A DNA stretch of 64,000 bases from Candidatus Berkelbacteria bacterium (GTDB taxonomy: Bacteria; Patescibacteriota; UBA1384; 2-12-FULL-50-11), in NCBI GenBank assembly GCA_016432625.1, contig CP066697.1:458561-522560 (forward strand). The letters are read 5' to 3'. The notes under the pieces are model-generated. The model made no database searches, had not been told where the DNA came from, and worked only from the letters and a program-made list of their open reading frames with translations. Positions 10,413 to 19,577 of the stretch are shown piece by piece (within the stretch, counting starts at the first letter, position 1; each line of letters opens with the position of its first letter). The position numbers and the translations under genes are program-made.

Positions 10413-11528
10413 CTAACTCGCAAAAAGCGCCCTTTTATGACGAATATAGATACTTTGAAGAACTCCGATTGAAGCTAGGTCAATCACGAGAGCAGTGCCG
10501 CCGTAAGACATGAACGGCAACGGAATCCCGGTAACTGGCAGTAGTCCAAGGTTCATGCCAATATGAACGGTAACTTGAAACATTAGCTTGGAGCCAATAC
10601 CAATCGCCAGCAGCCGGCCGAACGGATCAGTTGATGAGCTGGCGATAGCGATAATCCGATGAATTAGGACGACGTACAGAATAAGCAACGTGCCAGAACC
10701 AACAAATCCTGTCGCCTCAGCGTAGCCCGCGAAGATAAAGTCTGCGTGAGCAACGGGCAAGAAGTTCAATACGCTTTGTGAACCTTGGCCAAATCCGCGT
10801 CCAGTTAAACCTCCGCTGCCGATGGCGATGAGCGCTTGGCGGACATTGTAACCCTCGCCTTGGGGATCGCTTGCTGGGTTAAGAAAAGTTTCGATACGTT
10901 GCTTCTGATAATCCTGTAGAGAAAACCAAGCTACTGTTAGGGCAATCACGAGCGCTACACCTGCAAGCGCGATCGTCTTGCCAGATGGTCTCGCCGCCAA
11001 AAAAATACCGCAGAAAACCGTAAAAACGACTGCCGTTGTGCCAAGATCCGGCTGCAAGAGTACTAACGCTGTCGGAATCCCGGTAAGCGCCACGTAGCCC
11101 AGCAAACGCTTCCAGTTGATGGCGCTTATATAGCCCGACAAGTACTTAGCAGCGGCAATTCCGGCAATCAGCTTAAAGATTTCGGCAGGCTGAAGCTGAA
11201 AAATACCAAAATTAAGCCAGCGGTATGCACCGAAGACCTTCAAAACGAAGGGCAGCTTAGGCGCAAGCGGCGGTAAGAGCGGGATGAGCAGTAACAGTCC
11301 TGCCGCGTAGAGTAGGCCCGCGATTGATCCCAAGAAACGGTAATCGGAGAACATAAGTCCCAGGAGTGCTACGACTCCCAGTGCCGCAAAGATAGCTTGG
11401 TCAACGGCCAAAGAAGTGTGGTATTGGTTGAAAGTAATGGTGTAAATCGTGATGGTTCCGACTACCACTAGGAGAAGTGGGATTGCCAGTAAAAACCAGT
11501 CGATTGGCAAAGACAGGAATCTTTTCAT
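10413..11528 (-). CDS. rodA: SEDS-family peptidoglycan glycosyltransferase (RodA-like)
   Basis: FtsW/RodA/SpoVE family; a second SEDS copy sits in the dcw cluster. Confidence 0.75.
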   Translation of the reverse strand: MKRFLSLPIDWFLLAIPLLLVVVGTITIYTITFNQYHTSLAVDQAIFAALGVVALLGLMFSDYRFLGSIAGLLYAAGLLLLIPLLPPLAPKLPFVLKVFGAYRWLNFGIFQLQPAEIFKLIAGIAAAKYLSGYISAINWKRLLGYVALTGIPTALVLLQPDLGTTAVVFTVFCGIFLAARPSGKTIALAGVALVIALTVAWFSLQDYQKQRIETFLNPASDPQGEGYNVRQALIAIGSGGLTGRGFGQGSQSVLNFLPVAHADFIFAGYAEATGFVGSGTLLILYVVLIHRIIAIASSSTDPFGRLLAIGIGSKLMFQVTVHIGMNLGLLPVTGIPLPFMSYGGTALVIDLASIGVLQSIYIRHKRALFAS

Positions 11529-11582
11529 TAGAAACTCATTCCACGGAAAACGAGACTAATAAAACGGAGCATTACTATGACC

Positions 11583-11993
11583 TTAGGCGTCTAGAGCGAT
11601 ATTTGCCAGCTGGTCAGCGCGTTTGTTAAATTCACGTCGCACTGCGACTAATTCAACGTCGTTACCGGCACGCTCCCAGTTATCGATCAGCTCTCGGATC
11701 GCCGCAAAATGGGGTTTAAGATCAGCGTCCTTAACGCGGTATTCGCCTAACAGCTGCTTAACCATCAGCTCTGAGTCAGAATTGAAGGTAATCTCGGCGT
11801 TCTTGAGGCTGTGTTTGGCAAGCTCCTGGCAGGCTGCAAGCATCGCTCGGTACTCTGCTTGATTATTTGTCGTCGAGCCAATCACTTCAGCGTGCTCGGT
11901 AATATCGCCATCAATGTTGATGACAAATGCGATAGCGGCCCTTCCGGGGTTACCTCGGGCAGCTCCATCAGTATAAACAGTAGCCTTACTCAC
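11583..11993 (-). CDS. rnhA: Ribonuclease HI
   Basis: DEDD catalytic residues (TDGA, NNQAEY, NSDSEL, NKRADQ); 4-nt overlap with the upstream PilX-like gene. Confidence 0.85.
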   Translation of the reverse strand: MSKATVYTDGAARGNPGRAAIAFVINIDGDITEHAEVIGSTTNNQAEYRAMLAACQELAKHSLKNAEITFNSDSELMVKQLLGEYRVKDADLKPHFAAIRELIDNWERAGNDVELVAVRREFNKRADQLANIALDA

Positions 11994-12889
11994 GGAGCAA
12001 TATTACCAGTGCCTGAGTAGAGGTTAAAGTCGTAGATTCCGATCAGAGTGCCTGACTTGCGATCAACCTTAGCCTGAAGAGTCCGCTTAGTGTCGCCATA
12101 GTAACCCGTCGCGGTGATATTAGTGATTAAGCCGTCAAACTTTGGTCCCCCACCAGTGCTGTTAGGGCTAGTGGCGGTGACGAAAGCGTAATTAACATTG
12201 CAGTGATACGGTCGTATCCTAATGTAGCTGGAGAGGTTTGATCCGGTCGCGATCGGCAAGTTCGTACCTAGTGAATCGACTCTATTATTAGGTTCAGCGA
12301 CGGCTCGGCGCAGACTGTACGTGGTTTGACCAGTTGTAGTTGTCACCACCTGTTGAATTTCCACAAACGCGCCGCGGCTGTAACAGTTGCCTTCACCAAC
12401 AAACTGGAAGGCATAACGCAGGAAATAATCATTACTATAAACGGTGTCGTTGGGGAACCCTGTTAGCTGTAACTCGTCGTCCTGCATTAAGGGCGATGGG
12501 TTGTTATTGAAGTTGAAGTCGCCAATTTGAGTTGTCTTATAATCAATCGAGAGGTCGTAGTATTGGTGCGATGGCTTGTAGCCAAGAGTGGTTTCGATGG
12601 TTTGATTGGCCGCAATTTCATCAAAACTAATGCCGGCTGTAACGTCGAAGCGATGCGTTTTATTCTCAGCGGTCTCGACGTTGCGCTGATGCCGGAAGCG
12701 TAGCAAACCGTCTTCAACCCCCGACTTTGCAGCGTAAAAGGCAAAAGTATTGTCTTCTTCTCGAGCCGACTGGTTGAACTGAATTAGCGAAAGCCGTTGG
12801 GCACCAATTGTTACCGTCATAATGCCGGCAATTATAATTAATACAAAGACTAAAGCCGAGCCCTTTTTCTTAGCAATTAGCTGACTCAT
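11990..12889 (-). CDS. PilX-like minor pilin / pilus assembly protein
   Basis: N-terminal KKGSALVFVLIIIAGIM hydrophobic segment typical of PilX_N; overlapping stop/start with neighbours. Confidence 0.5.
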   Translation of the reverse strand: MSQLIAKKKGSALVFVLIIIAGIMTVTIGAQRLSLIQFNQSAREEDNTFAFYAAKSGVEDGLLRFRHQRNVETAENKTHRFDVTAGISFDEIAANQTIETTLGYKPSHQYYDLSIDYKTTQIGDFNFNNNPSPLMQDDELQLTGFPNDTVYSNDYFLRYAFQFVGEGNCYSRGAFVEIQQVVTTTTGQTTYSLRRAVAEPNNRVDSLGTNLPIATGSNLSSYIRIRPYHCNVNYAFVTATSPNSTGGGPKFDGLITNITATGYYGDTKRTLQAKVDRKSGTLIGIYDFNLYSGTGNIAP

Positions 12890-13680
12890 GATCTTACCCC
12901 CTCGGCGGTTAATACCGTCTCAACTTTGTAGCAAGCGCCATCGGGTATTTCAGTTGACCCGCAAAGCTTCTTTAAGTAATCAATAGATTTAAAATTCATT
13001 GAGATCCTGAGGTAGCCGGTAATATTACTGAACACGGGGTCATTAGGGCGAACGCCGTTAAAGATTGGTTTGTTTATATCATTATTGAGTACGTAGCCTT
13101 CATCCAGCATCGACTGATACTCGGCAGTAGCGAAATTATCGCAGCGCGATAAATAAACTGTTGGCACGCCGTTAATGAGCTCAATTTTACAGCCTCGAAA
13201 CTCTCGGACTTTGATAGCCCGACTTTCTGGGGACAGCGAATCGCTCGTAGTGCTATAGCGCTTGAACACCAGTTGTTGGTCGGTTGCCTTTGGGTGCTTA
13301 AGCAGCATCACGACATCGTTGAATCCGGCATCGTTTATGAAATAGAATCCGGTAAACTTCCAGCCGTTGTCACCTGGATCGCCGAGGGTAATTTGTTTGT
13401 CGTAATATATGTAACGAAAATCGTTGGTAATTCTAGCGATCGCCGAACGGGCGGCTTCGGATTTTTCACGCAGGACACTGACCCGGGCTGCTGAACCTGT
13501 TGTGCGCACGAAGACGGCGAGGATTAAAATAACCAGGCCGGAGAAAATGGCGACGGAGATTAGCATTTCCAACAAGGTATAGCCAGGCAATGCTACTTTT
13601 CGCGGCCGTTGGCCGCTCACAGTTAACATTTCCAACAGGGTGTAGCCGGGGAGTTTTGTTTCTCTGTCAAATTGAGCCAT
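12886..13680 (-). CDS. Pseudopilin with tandem duplicated prepilin cleavage motif (LPG|YTLLEML x2)
   Basis: Two copies of LPGYTLLEML 21 aa apart, only the second followed by the hydrophobic helix. Likely start is ATG at 13678-13680 (ORF track extends to 13758, overlapping the upstream gene). Confidence 0.6.
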   Translation of the reverse strand: MAQFDRETKLPGYTLLEMLTVSGQRPRKVALPGYTLLEMLISVAIFSGLVILILAVFVRTTGSAARVSVLREKSEAARSAIARITNDFRYIYYDKQITLGDPGDNGWKFTGFYFINDAGFNDVVMLLKHPKATDQQLVFKRYSTTSDSLSPESRAIKVREFRGCKIELINGVPTVYLSRCDNFATAEYQSMLDEGYVLNNDINKPIFNGVRPNDPVFSNITGYLRISMNFKSIDYLKKLCGSTEIPDGACYKVETVLTAEGVRS

Positions 13681-13682
13681 GG

Positions 13683-14471
13683 CTAGTGATCCACCGCTTT
13701 CCAGTTCGTCATGATGGTACTCATCTCGCTGGTGCGGTAACCCTGCGTCGTTTGCCAAACCACGACTGACCGAACCTTGACCGCGTTCCCGGTTGGAATG
13801 TAGGTACTCGTAGCGTTATTAAGGTTTAGACTGGGCTTAGTCATAATGCAGTAGAGGTCATTGTTGTAGCAATCAGTTCCAACAGTACGATTACCCTGAA
13901 GATCGCCGTCGTTATAACGTTGGTTTGAATTTCTATCGAGGTTACATCTTAAGCGGTCGGTGTTTTGGGTCTCGTTAACGCTCGGAACACCTATTGCCTC
14001 AACGCAAATCAAGCGGCGCGCCGACAAGCCCTCGCTCTGCAAGATTGCTTTGGAATCGTTCAAAGCCATCACCTCAGACTTCTTGATATGAAGATAATTT
14101 GGATCGTTATTGATAGCGGCACGTGTTAGCTCGACTTTTTCGGTTTCCGGATTGAGATAAGCATAGTACCAGCCGTAGTCTTCGAGCGACCTTGCTTGAT
14201 CTAGCCAAGTAAGATTATTGGCCGAATTTAGGCGATCGTCACGGTTTTTAGCTACCATCTCCAAACCTTCGACAGCCCAAAGATTAGTCACTGTCGAGTC
14301 GGCGGTGTTAACAGTTCCCTGTATTAAAGTATTTGATAGGGAAACGACTGCTGAGCCAACGATAAAAAGCACCCCGACAGCAATTAAGATCTCCAAAAGT
14401 GTGAAAGCAGGTCGCCTTGCTCTTATGAGCACGAAACCGGGTTTGTAGTCCTTAGTCAAAGTCCCCTCCAT
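13683..14471 (-). CDS. Pseudopilin-like protein (non-canonical RRPA|FTLLEIL motif)
   Basis: N-terminal FTLLEILIAVGVLFIV class III signal-like segment preceded by a degenerate PGFVLI copy. Confidence 0.5.
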   Translation of the reverse strand: MEGTLTKDYKPGFVLIRARRPAFTLLEILIAVGVLFIVGSAVVSLSNTLIQGTVNTADSTVTNLWAVEGLEMVAKNRDDRLNSANNLTWLDQARSLEDYGWYYAYLNPETEKVELTRAAINNDPNYLHIKKSEVMALNDSKAILQSEGLSARRLICVEAIGVPSVNETQNTDRLRCNLDRNSNQRYNDGDLQGNRTVGTDCYNNDLYCIMTKPSLNLNNATSTYIPTGNAVKVRSVVVWQTTQGYRTSEMSTIMTNWKAVDH

Positions 14472-15118
14472 CAGTTTTCGCTATACGTCACGCCAACCTT
14501 AGCCGTGTACGGCTCTATGGCTACTGTTGCTTTTTTGTTGGTGAAAGTCAATTCAAGTAACGGGTTACCAAAAACCGGTCCTTCTTCGATCCAGGCGGAG
14601 CCTTCGACCCGAATGTGAAACATTTGACGGGTCGGAACGCGAAAGACAACGAAGTGATTGCTGCGTGATTCGGCAGTGTCCCCGCAAATCTTGCAGCTTA
14701 GTGTCACACCCTTACTCATGTTGACGCGTTCAACAAAACAGGGCCCGTCTTGATTCCAGGCTTGCAACTGAACATCCCCGGGCTTACACGGCGCTCCGGA
14801 GGCATTTAACGGATAAGACAAGCGCACGATATCATAGTGACTGCTACGATAAGCGTCACTGTGAAACCAGATACCGTAATAACCTGTTTCGTCGTAGGTG
14901 AAGTTACTACCGGGCGTTTCGTCAGTCTGTTGGGTAGAACCAGAAAGTAATCTAACTTCTTCGATTTTAGAGCGGAAGATTTCAGCGTCGGTTGCCACAC
15001 GGTTTTTCCCGAGCGAGCGATCAACCATCGGTACGAGTAAGCTGAGCATCAGACCCATAATGGCAACCGTTACCAATAGCTCAATTAGCGTGAAACCTCG
15101 TTTAGTAGCCATAGCCAA
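14471..15118 (-). CDS. Type IV pilin/pseudopilin (prepilin KRG|FTLIELL)
   Basis: Canonical prepilin leader with Glu+5. Confidence 0.7.
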   Translation of the reverse strand: MAMATKRGFTLIELLVTVAIMGLMLSLLVPMVDRSLGKNRVATDAEIFRSKIEEVRLLSGSTQQTDETPGSNFTYDETGYYGIWFHSDAYRSSHYDIVRLSYPLNASGAPCKPGDVQLQAWNQDGPCFVERVNMSKGVTLSCKICGDTAESRSNHFVVFRVPTRQMFHIRVEGSAWIEEGPVFGNPLLELTFTNKKATVAIEPYTAKVGVTYSEN

Positions 15119-15887
15119 GCATCCCTAGATACCATTCTACCAATTGCGGACCCCAGTACAGGGCGAGCAGCCCGGCGATAATTAGGAATGGTGCAAATGG
15201 CACAGCCGATTTTAGTTTAACTTGGCCGCGAAGCAGTAAATAAGCCCCAAATATGCCGCCGATAATGAAGGAGCCGACTAGAAACACCACGGCCGATGGC
15301 CAGCCTACAAGCAGCCCTAGTGCAGCGGCAATTTTGACATCCCCCTCCCCCATCCAGATTCCACGTGTCGGGTAAACCAGTAAAGCAATCGGGATGAGCG
15401 CCGCCAAGCCTCCATAAAGCGTGACGAGCGGATCTTGGTGGTAAAACAACGAGAAAACAGTCGCCCCAATTAGGGCAACGTAGGACATAACCTCCGGCAC
15501 CAGCATTTCATACAGGTCATGGAAGAAAATCGTCACCAGGGCGCTAATAGTGACAATGTAAGCGATAAAGGCGGCCACCCCTTGCCAACCCGCCAAGTCA
15601 GCAATCACGAAAACCAGGTAGTAACCGGCCGCCACAAGCGCTGCCGTGGAAAACTCCACGATCGGGTACTGGGCGCTGATAGGTTGTTGGCAGTGGCGGC
15701 AGCGACCGCGCAGGACGACGTAGCTGAGTAGAGGAATTAGATCAAACCAAGAAAGACTCTTTTTACACTTGGGGCAATGTGAGCGACCGCGCATAATTGA
15801 TTGCCAGTCGTCAAACCTGGCAATGACAACATTAAGGAAAGAGCCGATGATTAGGCCGAAGATGAAAACAAAGATTACCCCACCCAT
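15102..15887 (-). CDS. pilD: Prepilin peptidase (A24)
   Basis: CPKC...CRHC zinc motif, multi-TM, GEGDVK active-site region. Confidence 0.85.
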   Translation of the reverse strand: MGGVIFVFIFGLIIGSFLNVVIARFDDWQSIMRGRSHCPKCKKSLSWFDLIPLLSYVVLRGRCRHCQQPISAQYPIVEFSTAALVAAGYYLVFVIADLAGWQGVAAFIAYIVTISALVTIFFHDLYEMLVPEVMSYVALIGATVFSLFYHQDPLVTLYGGLAALIPIALLVYPTRGIWMGEGDVKIAAALGLLVGWPSAVVFLVGSFIIGGIFGAYLLLRGQVKLKSAVPFAPFLIIAGLLALYWGPQLVEWYLGMLGYGY

Positions 15888-15936
15888 ATACTCAGCTTAA
15901 AGATAAACTAGTTAAAATCCAAGCGGTTAGGCCGGT

Positions 15937-16482
15937 TTATTGCGGGCCATAGGTTACGAAGACGTAAGCGCCATCTTCAAACGGTCCGTCGAGGGTAAAG
16001 TTAATCGCGCCGCCCGTATCGACTGCACCACTGCCATCAGCCTGATAGGTACCATTTCCTGTCGAGATCGGCTCGTCACTACGAGCGGACAACTGCCAGC
16101 CGATCGAGTAGTCGGTCGCTACGCCGTTAACGCTGGCCGAGGTAGCGTAACGCTGAGGATTGCTGGCAATTTCCTGACAAGTTGAGCCTGAAGAAAGGTG
16201 ACCACCGATAACTAACGCCGATTGAAGTGGCTCGCCACATGTATTATCTGCCGCTTCGATATCTATGCCATCAGCGACCTCCGAGTTGGTGTCGGCCGGA
16301 TAGCCACTTTTGTCTAAGTAAAAGCGTGCCAAAGCCGCGTCCAAGTTGTGAGCGTTACTTTTACGTTGGGCATCCTGTGCTCGGTTCCTAGAGCTGTTTA
16401 GTGCCACCAGGACGAGCGAGGCAAGAATACCGATGATCGCAATTGTGATCAGAAGCTCGATCAAAGTAAATCCCCTCTTCAT
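15937..16482 (-). CDS. Type IV pilin (MKRG|FTLIELL), paralog B
   Basis: Prepilin leader; C-terminal FVTYGPQ shared with the neighbouring paralog. Confidence 0.75.
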   Translation of the reverse strand: MKRGFTLIELLITIAIIGILASLVLVALNSSRNRAQDAQRKSNAHNLDAALARFYLDKSGYPADTNSEVADGIDIEAADNTCGEPLQSALVIGGHLSSGSTCQEIASNPQRYATSASVNGVATDYSIGWQLSARSDEPISTGNGTYQADGSGAVDTGGAINFTLDGPFEDGAYVFVTYGPQ

Positions 16483-16513
16483 ATCTACTCAATAATATAC
16501 TGTCACCTAAAAA

Positions 16514-16541
16514 GAAAAACCCCCGAGCGGGGGTTTTTCTT
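16514..16541 (-). terminator. Rho-independent terminator after pilin paralog A
   Basis: AAAAACCCCCGAGCGGGGGTTTTT perfect hairpin with flanking A/T tracts. Confidence 0.7.
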
Positions 16542-16563
16542 TCTTGCTTGAAGCAAGCGCAGA

Positions 16564-17127
16564 CTACTGTGGACCGTAAGTGACGAATACGAGCGCGTTG
16601 TCCCCAAAAGGACCGACGTTAGTAAAGTCAACAGTACCACCAGTTAAAACATCACCGTCGAGATCAGCTTGGTAAACACCGTTGCCGCTAGTGATAATCG
16701 TGTCGGTTACCGAGGCAAGCTGCCAGCCAAGAGTGTAGTTAGCAGCTGTTCCGCTAGAGTTAGCTGACGTTGCGTAACGCTTTGGGTTGGTAGCATCGGC
16801 TTGACTCTCGTGGCAAGCAGTGTGAGTCGCGAGATACGCACCGGTGCCAACAAGCTGCGCCAGAGGTGCCGCACAAGCCGGAGTCGTACTTTGGTTAGTA
16901 CCAAACTGGAATCCGTTAACGTCATCTGTTGTATCGCTAGCTGGGTAGCCGCTCTTGTCGACGTAGAACGTCGCTAAAGCAGTATCAAGGTTTCTGGCGT
17001 TGTTCTTGCGCTGGGTGTCTTGAGCCTTACTTCTGGCACCGCTCAAAGAGACGATGACAAGTGCTGCCAAGATACCGATGATGGCAATAACAACCAATAG
17101 TTCAATAAGGGTAAAACCTTTTTTCAT
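16564..17127 (-). CDS. Type IV pilin (MKKG|FTLIELL), paralog A, likely major pilin
   Basis: Prepilin leader, own strong terminator, upstream palindrome. Confidence 0.75.
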   Translation of the reverse strand: MKKGFTLIELLVVIAIIGILAALVIVSLSGARSKAQDTQRKNNARNLDTALATFYVDKSGYPASDTTDDVNGFQFGTNQSTTPACAAPLAQLVGTGAYLATHTACHESQADATNPKRYATSANSSGTAANYTLGWQLASVTDTIITSGNGVYQADLDGDVLTGGTVDFTNVGPFGDNALVFVTYGPQ

Positions 17128-17337
17128 TTCCCTCCAATCATTTAACAGCGTTTATGGCTGAATATTCGAGCCACAAACAACTGTACCCTGCACTAAATTG
17201 TGCAGGACCCCGACTCCCGTCGACCACACTAACTGCAGTGAAAGTCATAGTACTAATATCTGTTGAACTGAAGGCCGTGTCAAGCGGTTGAGGCAAAGAC
17301 AAGCTCAACCGCTAGAAAGCTCGCTACCAAGGCCGAG

Positions 17338-17394
17338 CTACTTAATGACGCTGGCTAGGTTGTAGATCGGGACAATGATATCCCTGACGGGCAT
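17338..17394 (-). pseudogene. 18-codon remnant duplicating the PilC C-terminus (MPVRDIIVPIYNLASVIK*)
   Basis: Last 13 aa identical to the PilC C-terminus, but 9 of 13 codons differ at synonymous positions; 12 nt downstream of the pilC stop. Confidence 0.4.
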
Positions 17395-17406
17395 AACCGC
17401 GCCAAT

Positions 17407-18483
17407 TTACTTTATAACGCTAGCTAGGTTATAAATTGGCACGATTATCGAGAAGACCAGGAAAGCAACACCCAAGCCGACAACAATAAAGACTACTGGT
17501 TCGGTTAAGGCGGTGACGTTTTTGATGTTTTGATCAGTTTCGGCCTCGTAGTAGGTACTTAAACGGTATAGAACCTGTTCCAACTTTCCAGATTCTTCCC
17601 CGACGGCCACCATCTGAGTAACAGTGGGCGGGAAAACGTCGTACTTGGTCATGCTCTGGGCAATCGGTGAGCCACGCTCGACGTTACGCGCAACGTTTAA
17701 TAGGGCTTCGCGATAGATTTCGTTATCGAGCACCTGGGCTACCGACTCAATGGCGTGAATAATCGGTACGCCGCTCTGTACCATCAAGGCAAATATCCCC
17801 GTGAAACGCGCCATCTCAAGATTACGTATCAGTAAGCCAAAGGCCGGCAAACGTAAGACAAGGTTATTGAATGAACGTTTTCCCTCATCAGAATGTAACC
17901 AGCGCAGAAACCAAGCAACCACGACGATTATGCCGATGATGTAGAGCCACCAGTAGTTAATAAGGCTGTTCGTGATGCCGATAACTACTCTGGTCATCCA
18001 GGGCAGATCAACATTTGCCTCTTTGAAAACTGACTCTAGCGCAGGGACGATGCGGGTTACCATGATAATGGCGACGATTATCATTGCTCCAACAATGAAC
18101 GCCGGATAAAGCAAGGCGCCAATTACCCGTCCTCGGAAACGCTGATCCCGCTCCTGCTCGGTCGCCAGCAGATCCAAAGCAACATCCAGCTTACCGGTTG
18201 CTTCACCGGCGGCGATAACCGCCACGAAAACGGTGTTGAATATTCTTGGGTGCTTTTTGATAGCGTCTGAGAACTTGTAACCGTTCTCGAGGTCTTTGAG
18301 GATAACGCCGAGTGCTTCTTCGACTGAAGGATTAACCGTTTGCTCGATTAACGAGCGGATGGCCTGAGTAATCGGCAAGCCCGATTCGATCATTACCGCT
18401 AACTGCCGGGCGATAAAGGCCTTATCGGAAGCCGAGACCCGACGTGTTAGTACTGCAGCAAAATCGTAAGCGCGTTTGGCCAT
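17407..18483 (-). CDS. pilC: Type IV pilus platform protein PilC (GspF family)
   Basis: GspF-type polytopic membrane protein. Confidence 0.85.
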   Translation of the reverse strand: MAKRAYDFAAVLTRRVSASDKAFIARQLAVMIESGLPITQAIRSLIEQTVNPSVEEALGVILKDLENGYKFSDAIKKHPRIFNTVFVAVIAAGEATGKLDVALDLLATEQERDQRFRGRVIGALLYPAFIVGAMIIVAIIMVTRIVPALESVFKEANVDLPWMTRVVIGITNSLINYWWLYIIGIIVVVAWFLRWLHSDEGKRSFNNLVLRLPAFGLLIRNLEMARFTGIFALMVQSGVPIIHAIESVAQVLDNEIYREALLNVARNVERGSPIAQSMTKYDVFPPTVTQMVAVGEESGKLEQVLYRLSTYYEAETDQNIKNVTALTEPVVFIVVGLGVAFLVFSIIVPIYNLASVIK

Positions 18484-18491
18484 CTCTATTC

Positions 18492-19559
18492 TTAGTACAC
18501 CATCATCTTAAAGGCTTTCGGATCGAGCGCCCAGGAGAGGGCGGTGTCAATGGTAATCTCGCCGCGACTGACGAGCTCCGCCAAGACTTTGTCGAGAGCG
18601 ATCATGCCTTCTGAGGCAGAAGTCTGGATAATATTGGGCAATTGATGGGTTTTGCCTTCGCGGATAGTATTACGGACTGCAGAGTTAGCAACCATAATTT
18701 CTGTCGCCAGGACCCGGCCGCCCTGTACGCGCGGCAGTAGGCGTTGTGAGACGACACCGAGTAAAACATTCGCGAGCTGCATTCTAACCTGCTGCTGTTG
18801 GTGCGGCGGGAAGACGTCGATGATACGGTCGGCGGTTTGGGCAGCGGAGTTAGTGTGAAGCGTCGTAAACACCAAGTGGCCAGTTTCCGCCAGGGTGAGG
18901 GCGGCTTCAATAGTTTCGAGGTCTCGCATTTCGCCGACGAGCACAACGTTCGGATCTTCTCGTAGAGCGGAGCGCAAGGCGCGACTAAACGAGTTGGTGT
19001 CGCTGCCAATTTCCCGTTGAACTATAATCGACTTCTTGTGTTCGAAGACATATTCGATCGGATCTTCGATCGTAATCACGTGTTCTGCCCGCTTCTGGTT
19101 GATCGACTCAATAAGCGCCGCGAGCGTGGTGGATTTACCGTGACCAGTTGGCCCGGTAATGATAACGAAGCCTTGGCTAGGTTCAGTAAAACGTTCCAGG
19201 ATCGGCGGGATACCGAGTTCGTCCATCGCTTTAATCGCCATCGGGATAAGCCTGAGAGCAGCTGATAGCGCCCCCTTCTGGTAGAAGGCGTTAGTTCGGA
19301 AACGAGTTTTGCCGTAACCAAAAGAAAAGTCCAGCTCACGACGTTGGTGAAGTCGCTCGATTTGCTCGGCGACCATAATACTCATTAATAAACGCTCGGC
19401 GGATTCAGGTGTAACGGCGCCGTGCTCAGTTAACGGGAAAAGTTTACCGTCGATTCTAATTGTTGGCGGCACACCTACGGTAATGTGTAGGTCGCTCGCC
19501 CCTTTCTCGATCGCCAAGTCGAGCAGTTGCTTCATCTCGGCGGTCATTGCATCTGACAT
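18492..19559 (-). CDS. pilT: Twitching motility ATPase PilT
   Basis: Walker A GPTGHGKST; size and motifs of PilT. Confidence 0.85.
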   Translation of the reverse strand: MSDAMTAEMKQLLDLAIEKGASDLHITVGVPPTIRIDGKLFPLTEHGAVTPESAERLLMSIMVAEQIERLHQRRELDFSFGYGKTRFRTNAFYQKGALSAALRLIPMAIKAMDELGIPPILERFTEPSQGFVIITGPTGHGKSTTLAALIESINQKRAEHVITIEDPIEYVFEHKKSIIVQREIGSDTNSFSRALRSALREDPNVVLVGEMRDLETIEAALTLAETGHLVFTTLHTNSAAQTADRIIDVFPPHQQQQVRMQLANVLLGVVSQRLLPRVQGGRVLATEIMVANSAVRNTIREGKTHQLPNIIQTSASEGMIALDKVLAELVSRGEITIDTALSWALDPKAFKMMVY

Positions 19560-19577
19560 TTTCCTCCCAATTCCCCT

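Noticed and set aside
12487-12744. 85-aa ORF antisense within the PilX-like gene
   Set aside because: It is embedded in a translationally coupled operon on the other strand with no start context.
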